Shown: positions 10,111 to 18,356, counted from the stretch's first letter. The stretch: 21,785 bases of DNA from Thermoproteota archaeon (GCA_027491735.1 JAOZGP010000037.1:1-21785), one strand, 5' to 3'. Notes: a model not told the origin generated them from the letters alone. Numbers and translations: made by a program.

Positions 10111-11488
10111 CTCTGAGCCTCAGGGTAGGTCCACCCGTCCAGACGGGGACCCCCTGCATTGGATCTCCCTTACCACAGGTGGCCGCTTGGAACTCCAAAT
10201 CCCTGCCCACTGCGTCCACACTCGAGTAAAACCTGGGTGTTGTGATTTCCAATACAGGCCTAAGAATCATTGAGTCTATCCTTCCTCCCCTTATCAGGTA
10301 GGCCTCGGACCCCACGTATCTCTGATTGTACCTGCGATCGTCTATGTTCCACTCCATGAACCGCTTCATGTAGATCCCCTCGGAGACGCCCTCTATGATC
10401 TCACCGGGATCCATGTCACCGGGCGCTATGAATGTGTTCGCCATCCTCACTATCGGTTCACGATTGTAGGCGGAGGCCCTGGCAGAACCATTGCTCACTG
10501 TGGAAAATTCTGAGGCAGTTTCTCTGTTGTGAAGAAATTCGTTTATCACTCCATTTTTCATTAAAACCCTCCTTCTAGTTTTAACCCCTTCAAAATCGTA
10601 GAGATAGAACCCATAACTCCCCTCAATGGTCGGGTCATCCACGACGCTTATGAGCCCCGTGCCCATGTTGGACCCCAGCATGTCAGGGGTCACAAAGGAT
10701 TCACCTGCCTGTGCAGCCTCCCTACCGAGTATTCTGTCCGCCTCATAGGGATGACCCACCGACTCGTGTGCAACCAGACCGGAGACATACGGTCCTATGA
10801 CCACGTCCATCTTGCCCCTCGGGGCAGAAACTCCCTTTTCCAGCCGTTCCTTCATGTTTTTAGATAAGGATCTGACGAGCTCCGGGAGGTTCCACTCGTC
10901 TATCAGCTCCAATCCCCCACTGCCTCCCCTGGACTCCATCTCCTGTGTAGAGGAGGAACCGGAGACATGAGTCAAGAACACCTCAAGCTTGACTCTAGTG
11001 ACCTCTCCAGACGTCTCGGCTCCGTCAGTATTGAGAATCAGGACTTTCTCTCTCGATAGTTTTAAAAATATGTTTCTCGAGGAGATGTCCTCATCGGCCG
11101 CTGAGGAGTCTACTTGCCGCAGAACCTCCATCTTTTCCCGAAAGGACGTCGAGAAGGGATCTTTCAATACCCTGGAACTGTAGCTTGCCTTCTCAAAACA
11201 CTCTTGAGACAAGCAGACATTTTTATCCGACGCTCTCGAGTTCTTAAGAGCTAACTCAACGGCTCTGTCTATTTTAGATGGATCTGCTGTCGAGGCGAAT
11301 CCCATTCCTGTTGTTAGGATTCTGATGGCGGTTCCTTTAGACTCAGATGACGAGAAAGTCTCCAGTACCCCGTCCCTCATCCAGATGAACTCCTCCTCCG
11401 TGAGATGAACCCTCAACTCTCCGTAGTCCACATTAGGCATCTTCTGAAGAGTTCTATGAGCGGAACTCACGAGATCGCTCCAGGACAA
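10088..11488 (-). CDS. tldD: TldD metalloprotease (catalytic subunit)
   Basis: HESVGHPYEADR zinc motif, DDPT...YDFEG, RMANT and the C-terminal CGKGDPMQ. Start probably TTG 11488 after an AAGGTGG SD-like site. Confidence 0.9.
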   Translation of the reverse strand: MSWSDLVSSAHRTLQKMPNVDYGELRVHLTEEEFIWMRDGVLETFSSSESKGTAIRILTTGMGFASTADPSKIDRAVELALKNSRASDKNVCLSQECFEKASYSSRVLKDPFSTSFREKMEVLRQVDSSAADEDISSRNIFLKLSREKVLILNTDGAETSGEVTRVKLEVFLTHVSGSSSTQEMESRGGSGGLELIDEWNLPELVRSLSKNMKERLEKGVSAPRGKMDVVIGPYVSGLVAHESVGHPYEADRILGREAAQAGESFVTPDMLGSNMGTGLISVVDDPTIEGSYGFYLYDFEGVKTRRRVLMKNGVINEFLHNRETASEFSTVSNGSARASAYNREPIVRMANTFIAPGDMDPGEIIEGVSEGIYMKRFMEWNIDDRRYNQRYVGSEAYLIRGGRIDSMILRPVLEITTPRFYSSVDAVGRDLEFQAATCGKGDPMQGVPVWTGGPTLRLRGVGLGGI

Positions 11489-11514
11489 AAGACCACCTTT
11501 CTCCACCGTTTGAA

Positions 11515-11730
11515 GGATTAATAAAACGCTTTCCAATGAGGTTCTGTTAACCTATCGTTGGTGAAATAAAAAATATTGAACTCACATCCCGTTTATTGGA
11601 TACAAACCTTGTTAGCTTAGTTTGGTAAAACTGTATTTGGAAACCCCAAAAAATCCTCGTGGATTTCACATACCCGCTTACGTCAACAATAAGTTAACGA
11701 AACTTCCAATAACAAAATTTTTTATTGTGT
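11515..11730. promoter_or_regulatory. Divergent tldD/pspA promoter region with two mirrored operator-like sites
   Basis: AT-rich intergenic region. TATA-like TTTTATTAA (minus, ~11518-11526) and TTTTTTATT (plus, 11718-11726). Imperfect AAC-N5-GTT palindromes at 11546-11562 and 11681-11699, and a perfect AAATCC-N4-GGATTT at 11651-11666. Confidence 0.6.
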
Positions 11731-11754
11731 GAATGGAGGGAGTTTTGATGAACC

Positions 11755-12462
11755 ATGACAGGGCTTTTTGATCGAGTCAAGGCCATAGTCTCAGCGAAGG
11801 TAAACAAGTTGTTGGATAAGTATGAGGACCCGAGGGAGCAGCTGGATTACGCCTATGACAAGCTCAATCAGCAGCTCCACAATGTAGATATGGCTCTAGC
11901 CAGAGCTATAGCCTCAAGGAAGAAACTTGAGTTCACTAAAAAACGCCTGCAGGAGAGGGTGAAGGATCTTGAGGATAGCGCTAAGAAAGCGATGCAGCTC
12001 GGCAGGGAGGATCTAGCCAGAAAGGCTTTAGAGAGGAAGATCGTGTTGGAGAGAGAGCTTGAAAGCATAGACAAGAGGATAGAGGAGATGAAATCCGAGG
12101 AGGAAGGTCTTAAGGATGTCAGGGAGAAGCTGAGGTCTCAGGTGGATTTGTTTAGAGCTAAGAAGGAGCAACTCAAGGCGGAATATGAGGCCAGCAAGGC
12201 CCAGGTGGAGGTTAAGGAGATGATCTCCGGGCTTGGCGATAGTGTTGCCTCGATTTCAGAGACAATAGAGCGCGCTGAGAGGAAGATAGATGATCTCAAA
12301 GCTAGATCCGCAGCCCTTGATGAAGTAGTCGCCGTGGGAGGGGATCTAGACCTCCTCCAGGATGAGGAGAGGGATGAGATAGAGAAGGAGCTCGATAAGA
12401 TCTCTTTATCTCAGCAAGTTGAGGAGGAGTTTGCCAAGCTCAAGCAAACAGTGAAAGGCTGA
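11755..12462 (+). CDS. pspA: PspA/IM30 (Vipp1) family protein, ESCRT-III superfamily
   Basis: Amphipathic helix 0 'MTGLFDRVKAIVSAKVNKLLDKYEDP', coiled-coil hairpin with 'AKKAMQLGREDLARKAL', 'ERAERKIDDLKARSAALDE' and terminal 'VEEEFAKLK'. Confidence 0.93.
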   Translation: MTGLFDRVKAIVSAKVNKLLDKYEDPREQLDYAYDKLNQQLHNVDMALARAIASRKKLEFTKKRLQERVKDLEDSAKKAMQLGREDLARKALERKIVLERELESIDKRIEEMKSEEEGLKDVREKLRSQVDLFRAKKEQLKAEYEASKAQVEVKEMISGLGDSVASISETIERAERKIDDLKARSAALDEVVAVGGDLDLLQDEERDEIEKELDKISLSQQVEEEFAKLKQTVKG

Positions 12463-12498
12463 AGGAATTCATTTCTTTTCTCGAGGGAGGAACGACCC

Positions 12499-12894
12499 GT
12501 GAGAGCATCGCAGGTATTGCTTTACATAGCATCTGCCATAGCCATTTTTCTGGGCCTTATGTTCTTGATAGCCTCGGTCTATGCTGCTTCAAGAATAGTT
12601 GTAGGCCTTGCCTTGCTGCTCGGAGGAGGTCTATGCATTCTCTGGGCTAACAACATAGGAAGAAGCGCTGTCAGGAGAGGAAAGCTTGAGTCCGCTGTCC
12701 TAAGTCTGGCAAAGGACAGAGGAGGAAAGCTCACTGCGGCAGAGGTATCGGCTGAGTTGGGGGTTCCAGTGGATGTAGCCAAGCAGGTGTTGGCCTCTTT
12801 GGAGAGAGAGGGTCTAGCCTACCTGGACTTCGAGGAGATAGACAAGGAAGGCGTTGAGGTGTACAGGTTTCCGGGAGTGATCAAGGAGAACTGA
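12499..12894 (+). CDS. Membrane protein: two N-terminal TM helices + C-terminal winged-helix domain (ESCRT-II Vps22/EAP30-like by eye)
   Basis: GTG start after SD GGGAGG (12485-12490). Hydrophobic segments at about aa 6-29 and 33-50, then 'VLSLAKDRGGKLTAAEVSAELGVPVDVAKQVLASLEREGLAYLD...GVEVYRFP', a wHTH with wing. Lies 36 bp after pspA. Confidence 0.8.
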   Translation: MRASQVLLYIASAIAIFLGLMFLIASVYAASRIVVGLALLLGGGLCILWANNIGRSAVRRGKLESAVLSLAKDRGGKLTAAEVSAELGVPVDVAKQVLASLEREGLAYLDFEEIDKEGVEVYRFPGVIKEN

Positions 12895-12914
12895 GGTCTC
12901 CCTTTGAAGGGGAC

Positions 12915-13241
12915 TTAGGTGATCCTACTTCCTGGAGGGACTTCCCGATCAACCGTGAGGAGAGCAGGTTTTCCATCCACAACAGCTGCTAGAAGCATCC
13001 CCTGAGACCATTCCCCCTTTATCTTCTTGGGTTTCAAGTTGGCCACCACAACTATCTGCTTGCCTATGAGATCCTCTGGGCTGTAGACCTCAGCTATACC
13101 TGCTATAAGCTGCCTTCTCTCTGAACCCAGGTCAACCACAAGCCTGAGCAGCTTCTGAGTGCCCTCAACGCGCTCCGCTTTCTTGATCCTGGCAACACGA
13201 AGGTCGATCTTTTTAAAGACTTCAAGATCTACGTAGTCCAT
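12915..13241 (-). CDS. Stand-alone tRNA-binding OB-fold protein (Trbp111/CsaA/MetRS C-terminal family)
   Basis: 'FKKIDLRVARIKKAERVEGTQKLLRLVVDLG..RQLIAGI...VVANLKPKKIKGEWSQGMLLAA...VPPGSRI'. Confidence 0.92.
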   Translation of the reverse strand: MDYVDLEVFKKIDLRVARIKKAERVEGTQKLLRLVVDLGSERRQLIAGIAEVYSPEDLIGKQIVVVANLKPKKIKGEWSQGMLLAAVVDGKPALLTVDREVPPGSRIT

Positions 13242-13297
13242 GGGAGGACCTCCCGCGGTAAGTTAATAAACAGCAGTGGGAGGAGCTATAAAAAGTA

Positions 13298-13325
13298 ACT
13301 TCCCGGCGGGGCCCCTCCGGGAAGT
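13298..13325. promoter_or_regulatory. 28-bp near-perfect GC-rich palindrome in the divergent intergenic region
   Basis: ACTTCCCGG-C-GGGGCCCC-T-CCGGGAAGT has one mismatched pair and sits next to the TATA-like TATAAAAA (13287-13294). Confidence 0.55.
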
Positions 13326-13344
13326 CTCCATAGGTGTTCTGAAC

Positions 13345-14610
13345 ATGTCGAAGATCTCTATAAGGGTCCTGGGGGCCAACACCGAGGTTGGCAGGAGCGC
13401 TATAATGATACAAGCGGGAGACAGGAGAATACTCATGGACTACGGGCTCAAGCTCGTGCCAAAGAAAGAGCCCCTCTATCCAGAGGAAGTTGATGACGTG
13501 GACGCTGTTATTCTAAGCCATGCTCATGTCGATCATTCAGGCGCTATCCCCACGCTCTTCAGGAAAAGAGACGATGTACCGATATATGGGGTGGACATAA
13601 CCGGGGATCTGATGGAGCTCCTCCTTTACGACTCGATAAAGGTGGCGAAGAGAAGGGGGTACCATCTCAGATACGGTCCGAAGGAGGTAAGGAAGGCCCT
13701 CGAGAATTACAGATCTATAGAATATAGAGTCCCCTTCAGGATCGGGAACGTGAGGGTCACCGCCTACAATGCAGGCCACATACCTGGTAGCGCTATGTTC
13801 AGGCTGGAGTTTGACGGGTTCTCCATCCTTTACACAGGCGACTTTAATCTACGTCGATCGCGCCTGGTGCCACCTGCGGACGTAAACATGCCGAAGGTCG
13901 ACCTCCTGATAACCGAATCCACTTACGCCTTCCGTGAACACCCTCCAAGGGAGGGCCAAGAGAGGCTTCTTAAGAGGATCGTCCTCGAGACCATGAAGAG
14001 GGGGGGTCTCTCTGTCATAGCTGGGTTTGCCATCGGCAGGCTCGCCGAGATATCTCTCGTGCTAAGCGATCTGAACATGAAGTTCTTCCTGGATGGAATG
14101 GCCAAGAAGAGTGCCAGGATAACCGAGGAGTATAGAGATAGGGTCCGAAACTTCAGGGAATTCAGGAGGGCCATGGAAGCTACGGTCTTCGTCAAGAACT
14201 GGAAGGTGAGGAGAAAGATAGTAAACAAACCCTCAGTCGTTCTAACAACGTCGGGCATGCTGGAGGGTGGCCCCGTCCACTTCTACTTGAAGGAAAAGCA
14301 TGAGGATGAGAGAAGCTCCATAACGCTTACGGGATATCAGATCGAGGGGACTGAGGGCCGCAAGCTTCTGGAGACCGGAGAGATGACTATAGATGAGGAG
14401 AACGTGGAGGTAAACATGAGGGTCAGCCAGCTCAACTTCTCAGCTCACGCGAGTAGGTCCAACCTGCTGGAGCTTATCAAGCTTGTGTCCCCCGACATGG
14501 TCGTCCCAGTACACGGAGAGGAGACTGAGAGATTCGCCAAGGAGATCAAAGAGACCTTCGATATAGCTTCTGTATCGTTGGAGGATCCCTACGAGGAGAT
14601 CAGAATATAG
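13345..14610 (+). CDS. MBL-fold beta-CASP ribonuclease (CPSF-like, no KH domains; aCPSF2-type)
   Basis: LGANTEVGRS, MDYG, SHAHVDHSG, AGHIPGS, YTGDF, TESTY, FSAHA and VHGE motifs. Start moved to ATG 13345 after AGGTG. Confidence 0.9.
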   Translation: MSKISIRVLGANTEVGRSAIMIQAGDRRILMDYGLKLVPKKEPLYPEEVDDVDAVILSHAHVDHSGAIPTLFRKRDDVPIYGVDITGDLMELLLYDSIKVAKRRGYHLRYGPKEVRKALENYRSIEYRVPFRIGNVRVTAYNAGHIPGSAMFRLEFDGFSILYTGDFNLRRSRLVPPADVNMPKVDLLITESTYAFREHPPREGQERLLKRIVLETMKRGGLSVIAGFAIGRLAEISLVLSDLNMKFFLDGMAKKSARITEEYRDRVRNFREFRRAMEATVFVKNWKVRRKIVNKPSVVLTTSGMLEGGPVHFYLKEKHEDERSSITLTGYQIEGTEGRKLLETGEMTIDEENVEVNMRVSQLNFSAHASRSNLLELIKLVSPDMVVPVHGEETERFAKEIKETFDIASVSLEDPYEEIRI

Positions 14611-14642
14611 GGCCAGCTCCGGGAGATTCATTCAGCAAGTTC

Positions 14643-15767
14643 TTATGAGCTTTGTTGCTTCCTGGCCTTTACCTCGAAGTCCTTTTTAAGAGAACGTAGA
14701 AGAAAGGAGCAGGGATATCTGGCAACTTCTATCCTCCTTCCGGGAAGAGGAGCATATTCCACACCGAAGCACTCCAGATCGTTGAGATCCACGAGATCCT
14801 CCTCCACGAGTTTTTTAAATGTATTCAGAGGCATCATTACCTTCTCCCCACTGACAGCGAAGTCCTCTCCATGGAGAGCATGAGTAATTCTCCTCAGGAG
14901 GAGCTTGCTACCGCTCAGCTCCACACGAAATACGGTGCCATCCTCGGTCACGTCCTCGTACGACTCAGCCGCCCTCTTAGCCCTTCTCCTCCATCTGGTC
15001 CACATCTGGTAGTCCTTCTGGGCCGCTGGGCAGAAGTATCCGTCTATGCCGGTGTTTCTTTCCACGAAGCTCAGCACGTCCTTCGCAGCATCCCTGCTTC
15101 CGGAGACAGCCACCTCACTCTCCGGTGAGGGTTTAAGTCCCATATGCAGGAGCTCCTTTCTGTTCATCTCGCTGAACTCGAGTTCGTTTAGATTTAGGAA
15201 CCTTCCTCCTCCTCTGTCTAGATGAAGAGCCAAATCCTTGAGCCTCCTGATGTAGGGGGACAGGGGTATCGCGGGCATCTCAAAGCCCACACAGAGACCG
15301 CTGTCCTGAGCTGCCTCCACAAGGTTCCACACATCATCATCCCAAGAATGGAACCTTATCTCATCCAGGCCCACGTCGGCAAGTTTGCTGAGCTTTTCTT
15401 CGTCCATGAGAACCCCGTTAGTGTACATGTGGATGTGGAGCTTTGCTCCGAGCTCCCCCCTGACGATCTTTATGTACCTCAGAACCCTATCGAGTACCAG
15501 AGCAGGCTCTCCTCCAGTCACGCTCATCCCCTCAGCATCGATGGCCCTCAGCTCCGCTATCACATCACTCACGTCCTTGACCTCGATCTCGTCAACGAAC
15601 TGAACGTCCCTGCCTCTCCTCCAAGAAGATATGGTACAGTAGAAGCACGAGCTGTACAGATTGCAGAGCCCTGTGATGAAGACCACAGCTTTCGATCCTC
15701 GCCAACAGAGCTCACATCCTCTGCTCCATCCCCTGACACGTAAAGCTCCGAGCTTGAGTTCCTCCAA
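14643..15767 (-). CDS. Radical SAM protein (archaeal uncharacterised, COG2108-like)
   Basis: GCELC N-terminal pair, 'VFITGLCNLYSSCFYC', TGGEP, HMYTNG, DEIRFH, FLNLNELEFSE and FCPAAQKD. Confidence 0.85.
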   Translation of the reverse strand: MEELKLGALRVRGWSRGCELCWRGSKAVVFITGLCNLYSSCFYCTISSWRRGRDVQFVDEIEVKDVSDVIAELRAIDAEGMSVTGGEPALVLDRVLRYIKIVRGELGAKLHIHMYTNGVLMDEEKLSKLADVGLDEIRFHSWDDDVWNLVEAAQDSGLCVGFEMPAIPLSPYIRRLKDLALHLDRGGGRFLNLNELEFSEMNRKELLHMGLKPSPESEVAVSGSRDAAKDVLSFVERNTGIDGYFCPAAQKDYQMWTRWRRRAKRAAESYEDVTEDGTVFRVELSGSKLLLRRITHALHGEDFAVSGEKVMMPLNTFKKLVEEDLVDLNDLECFGVEYAPLPGRRIEVARYPCSFLLRSLKKDFEVKARKQQSS

Positions 15768-15773
15768 GTTCCC

Positions 15774-17927
15774 TCAGCCCACCCCGAACCTACGCCTAAC
15801 ACCCTTGATACGCGTCCTGAACGGGAGTCCCCTGGTCGTGGCTATCACGAAGAGCACAACCAGGAAGATCCACAGGGCCAGCAGCGCTGCCGAGAAGAGC
15901 CTCATTTCTATCGGGGTCATGACAGATATCATGTATTTCAGTTTGCTTGTGTTCAGCGAATACCCCTGGTTCGTTCCCTCCTGAGTGTACGTTATCTTCA
16001 TGACCTCCACAGAGGAGTTGCCCGGTTTGTCGGCTTTGAGAACCAACCTCAGCTCAACGTTGCCCGTCGGATCTATCCTGCTGCATGACAGCTTCACATA
16101 GGAGACGTTGCCGTGAGGTGTCCAAGAGGGTGGAGAACACTGAGCCTTCACCGTGGTCGTGAGCGAGGGAGGGAGCATGAGCCTCAGAGAGGAGGATAGC
16201 TTGAGGTCCATCTCAAGGTTGTAGGCCGTTCCAGTTCCGGAGTTTGAGACAGAGAAGGACACCGGAAACACAGATCCCACCACGGTGCTGCTTGGAGGTT
16301 TCTCATGAAGGATGATGCTCACCGACGGTTTCACTATGGAGATGGTGAGAGGAGTTCCGGAGGACGTTACCACCTTCGTCAGACCTTGAGGATCCTTGTA
16401 CGTCACTCTAGCTATGCCGAAGCTTGTCATCCCCACTCTAGTGGCCCTTAACTTGTAGGTCAATGAGGCTGAATCCCCAGGGTTCAGTCTGGGCACTGTG
16501 GTCGTGGTCTTACCGCTTACAAGCTGAAAGTAGTCCTCTGGGTATGCGTCAGCTATCTGTACCGAGAGCGCCGGTGCAGTTCCGTTGTTCTTAACGGTCA
16601 CCACCACATCCAAGGTCTGCTGTACCCCAACTATGTTTGCACTAAGGGTCTTCGTGACCACAAGACACGGATAGCCTGGTTTCCTCACTTCTATCGTGTA
16701 GGTCCTCGAGGTGTTGTAGACGTTCCCCCTTATGTCCATGTAATCGATCTCCAAGGACACCTGGTATATGGTTCCAGCCGAGCCCTTGGGTACACCCAGA
16801 GTGAATTCTATCGTTTGAGTTCTGGCCAGCTTAGGGATCTCAGGTAGGTTTATCGGAAAGCTCTTCCCCGCTATGGTGCTCGGTTGTGTTATCAAGGGAA
16901 AGGGTCCTTTAGATGTTTGAGGCTGAACTTTAACGTACAGAGTTCCGTTGAGGGCGGAGTCCTCACCTAGGTTCTTTATGTAGAATCTGAACGTCAGGAC
17001 GTCCCCGGGGTTCACCAGAAGCCTGGTGGAGGAAGGAGCATAGGTGTATATCCTCAGGTTCGGCGCTCCAAGGTGCTCCTTGTACTTCTCTCCGATGGTT
17101 ATTGTGAAGCTCTTCGTCTCAGATACCGTCTTATTGGGAGTGTACTTGTAGGTTAGGATTCCAGAGGCATTTCTCACCAGCGTGTAATCTGCCTTGTAGG
17201 TCAGGGTCAGAAAGACACCATACTTACCGTAGTACTTACCGCCGGGATCCGCCTTGAAAAAGAACTTCAGGGATTGACTCTCCCCAGAACCCATCGTTCC
17301 CAGATCGATGAGGAGAGGGTTCCTTCTTTTTTCGACCGCTGGCGCCACCGAGAGGAGAGATATGTTCCCTCTGCCGTCGAGTCTATTCCAGGAGATGGAC
17401 ACCTTGATGCCTGAGACGTCACCATCACATACGTTCGTCACGTTCACTGGTATCGTGAAAGTGGAGGCAAGTTCGTAGCTCTTGTTCGCTGGGAAGGTGG
17501 AACTCACCTTCAAAGCTTGCACTGGCCTTATGATGCAGTCCAGTACATCGAGGTATATATAGGCTTCCCCTTGAGCAGTTTTGTTGAGCCTTATCTTGAA
17601 GATGAGCTGAGCACCAGGGGATGAATATCTCGAACAACCGCTGAATATGCTAAGAGTATCTCCTGGATCACGAAGGATTCCGGATATCACGTGCCCATTA
17701 GGACATGTGATGTAGAGGCTGACGTATGGGGTGGTGCCTGCTGGGGCGAAGTTTATCGCCCTTATCTTATAGGAACCGAAGGTGAAGACAGTATTGTTAG
17801 ATATAACAATGCCCTCTATGTTGTATTTCACATCTGCTTGGCCACCAGCGGATATACCCTGCAAGTTTAGCGGAACAAAGATCATCAATGAGAGAAGTAA
17901 GAGTAAGATAATACGCAGGGTTCTCAT
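15774..17927 (-). CDS. Membrane-anchored cell-surface glycoprotein with tandem Ig-like (DUF11/COG1361 S-layer-associated) domains
   Basis: Signal peptide, beta-rich repeats of the V-x-N-x-G type (VTNVCD, IKNLGE, VKNNGTAPA, VSNSGTGTA), many N-x-S/T sequons, C-terminal TM helix and basic tail. Confidence 0.75.
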   Translation of the reverse strand: MRTLRIILLLLLSLMIFVPLNLQGISAGGQADVKYNIEGIVISNNTVFTFGSYKIRAINFAPAGTTPYVSLYITCPNGHVISGILRDPGDTLSIFSGCSRYSSPGAQLIFKIRLNKTAQGEAYIYLDVLDCIIRPVQALKVSSTFPANKSYELASTFTIPVNVTNVCDGDVSGIKVSISWNRLDGRGNISLLSVAPAVEKRRNPLLIDLGTMGSGESQSLKFFFKADPGGKYYGKYGVFLTLTYKADYTLVRNASGILTYKYTPNKTVSETKSFTITIGEKYKEHLGAPNLRIYTYAPSSTRLLVNPGDVLTFRFYIKNLGEDSALNGTLYVKVQPQTSKGPFPLITQPSTIAGKSFPINLPEIPKLARTQTIEFTLGVPKGSAGTIYQVSLEIDYMDIRGNVYNTSRTYTIEVRKPGYPCLVVTKTLSANIVGVQQTLDVVVTVKNNGTAPALSVQIADAYPEDYFQLVSGKTTTTVPRLNPGDSASLTYKLRATRVGMTSFGIARVTYKDPQGLTKVVTSSGTPLTISIVKPSVSIILHEKPPSSTVVGSVFPVSFSVSNSGTGTAYNLEMDLKLSSSLRLMLPPSLTTTVKAQCSPPSWTPHGNVSYVKLSCSRIDPTGNVELRLVLKADKPGNSSVEVMKITYTQEGTNQGYSLNTSKLKYMISVMTPIEMRLFSAALLALWIFLVVLFVIATTRGLPFRTRIKGVRRRFGVG

Positions 17928-17967
17928 GAATGATCTCCTCTTTTGTACATGTCGACGAAGAAGGAGG

Positions 17968-17983
17968 AGAGAACCTTTAAATT
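17968..17983 (+). promoter_or_regulatory. tRNA promoter (BRE + TATA)
   Basis: AGAGAACC-TTTAAAT; TATA at 17976-17982, ending 26 nt before the tRNA. Confidence 0.6.
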
Positions 17984-18007
17984 AGCTTCTAGTCTATAGT
18001 CGAACAC

Positions 18008-18083
18008 GGGCCCGTAGCTCAGCATGGACCAGAGCGACGGCCTTCTAAGCCGTAGGTCGCGGGTTCAAGTCCCGCCGGGCCCG
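18008..18083 (+). tRNA. tRNA-Arg(TCT), intronless, CCA not encoded
   Basis: Acceptor GGGCCCG/CGGGCCC plus discriminator G; D-arm GCTC/GAGC; anticodon stem ACGGC/GCCGT with loop CT-TCT-AA; T-arm GCGGG-TTCAAGT-CCCGC. Confidence 0.97.
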
Positions 18084-18108
18084 TTGTACTCCCCCGAAAG
18101 GAACTTAC

Positions 18109-18356
18109 AAAACGTCGTCAAGAAAGCCTATAGTTTTAACGAGAGGATGAATCAGGGCAGGGGGTTGGTAGGAGGTAGTTGACTTTTATACTCTTAGACT
18201 CAGACTTCGATAGAATATCAACGAGACCATAACTATACACTGTGGTCAGGGGATGCTGTGATCCAGCCCGAAGGGGGGAGCAGATTGCGCTGCACACGCT
18301 CCCCAACCTCTGTAAGGCTTCATGGTGGAAGCCCCCGTCTAAAGACAGGGGGTCAC
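18109..18356 (+). mobile_element. Non-autonomous IS200/IS605-family mini-element (MITE/PATE-like), no tnpA or tnpB
   Basis: Left: target TTAC (18105-18108), guide AAAG (18123-18126), then a decayed hairpin CCTATAGTTTTAACGAGAGG. Right: guide GAAG (18328-18331), hairpin CCCCCGTC-TAAA-GAC(A)GGGGG, end TCAC (18353-18356). Both guide/cleavage pairs follow the IS608 rule (AAAG:TTAC; GAAG:TCAC). Confidence 0.8.

Noticed and set aside
8749-15767. RiPP-like cluster (TldD/PmbA + radical SAM)
   Set aside because: No precursor peptide, YcaO or SPASM-type domain; the genes are in separate units and are widespread archaeal families.
18008-18083. tRNA-Arg as att site of an integrated virus or island
   Set aside because: No integrase and no repeat of the tRNA 3' end seen in the window; flanking genes look chromosomal.
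18174-18183. GGTAGTTGAC, resembling an IS605 end or the reverse complement of an IscB omega-RNA start
   Set aside because: No adjacent hairpin or guide tetranucleotide; the TTAC/AAAG end at 18105-18126 fits far better.
18262-18283. CCAGCCCGAAGGGGGGAGCAG resembles SRP RNA helix 8
   Set aside because: Lacks the CAGG-stem-GNRA-stem-AGCA geometry, and GGGGAGC is better explained by pairing with GCTCCCC in the element scaffold.
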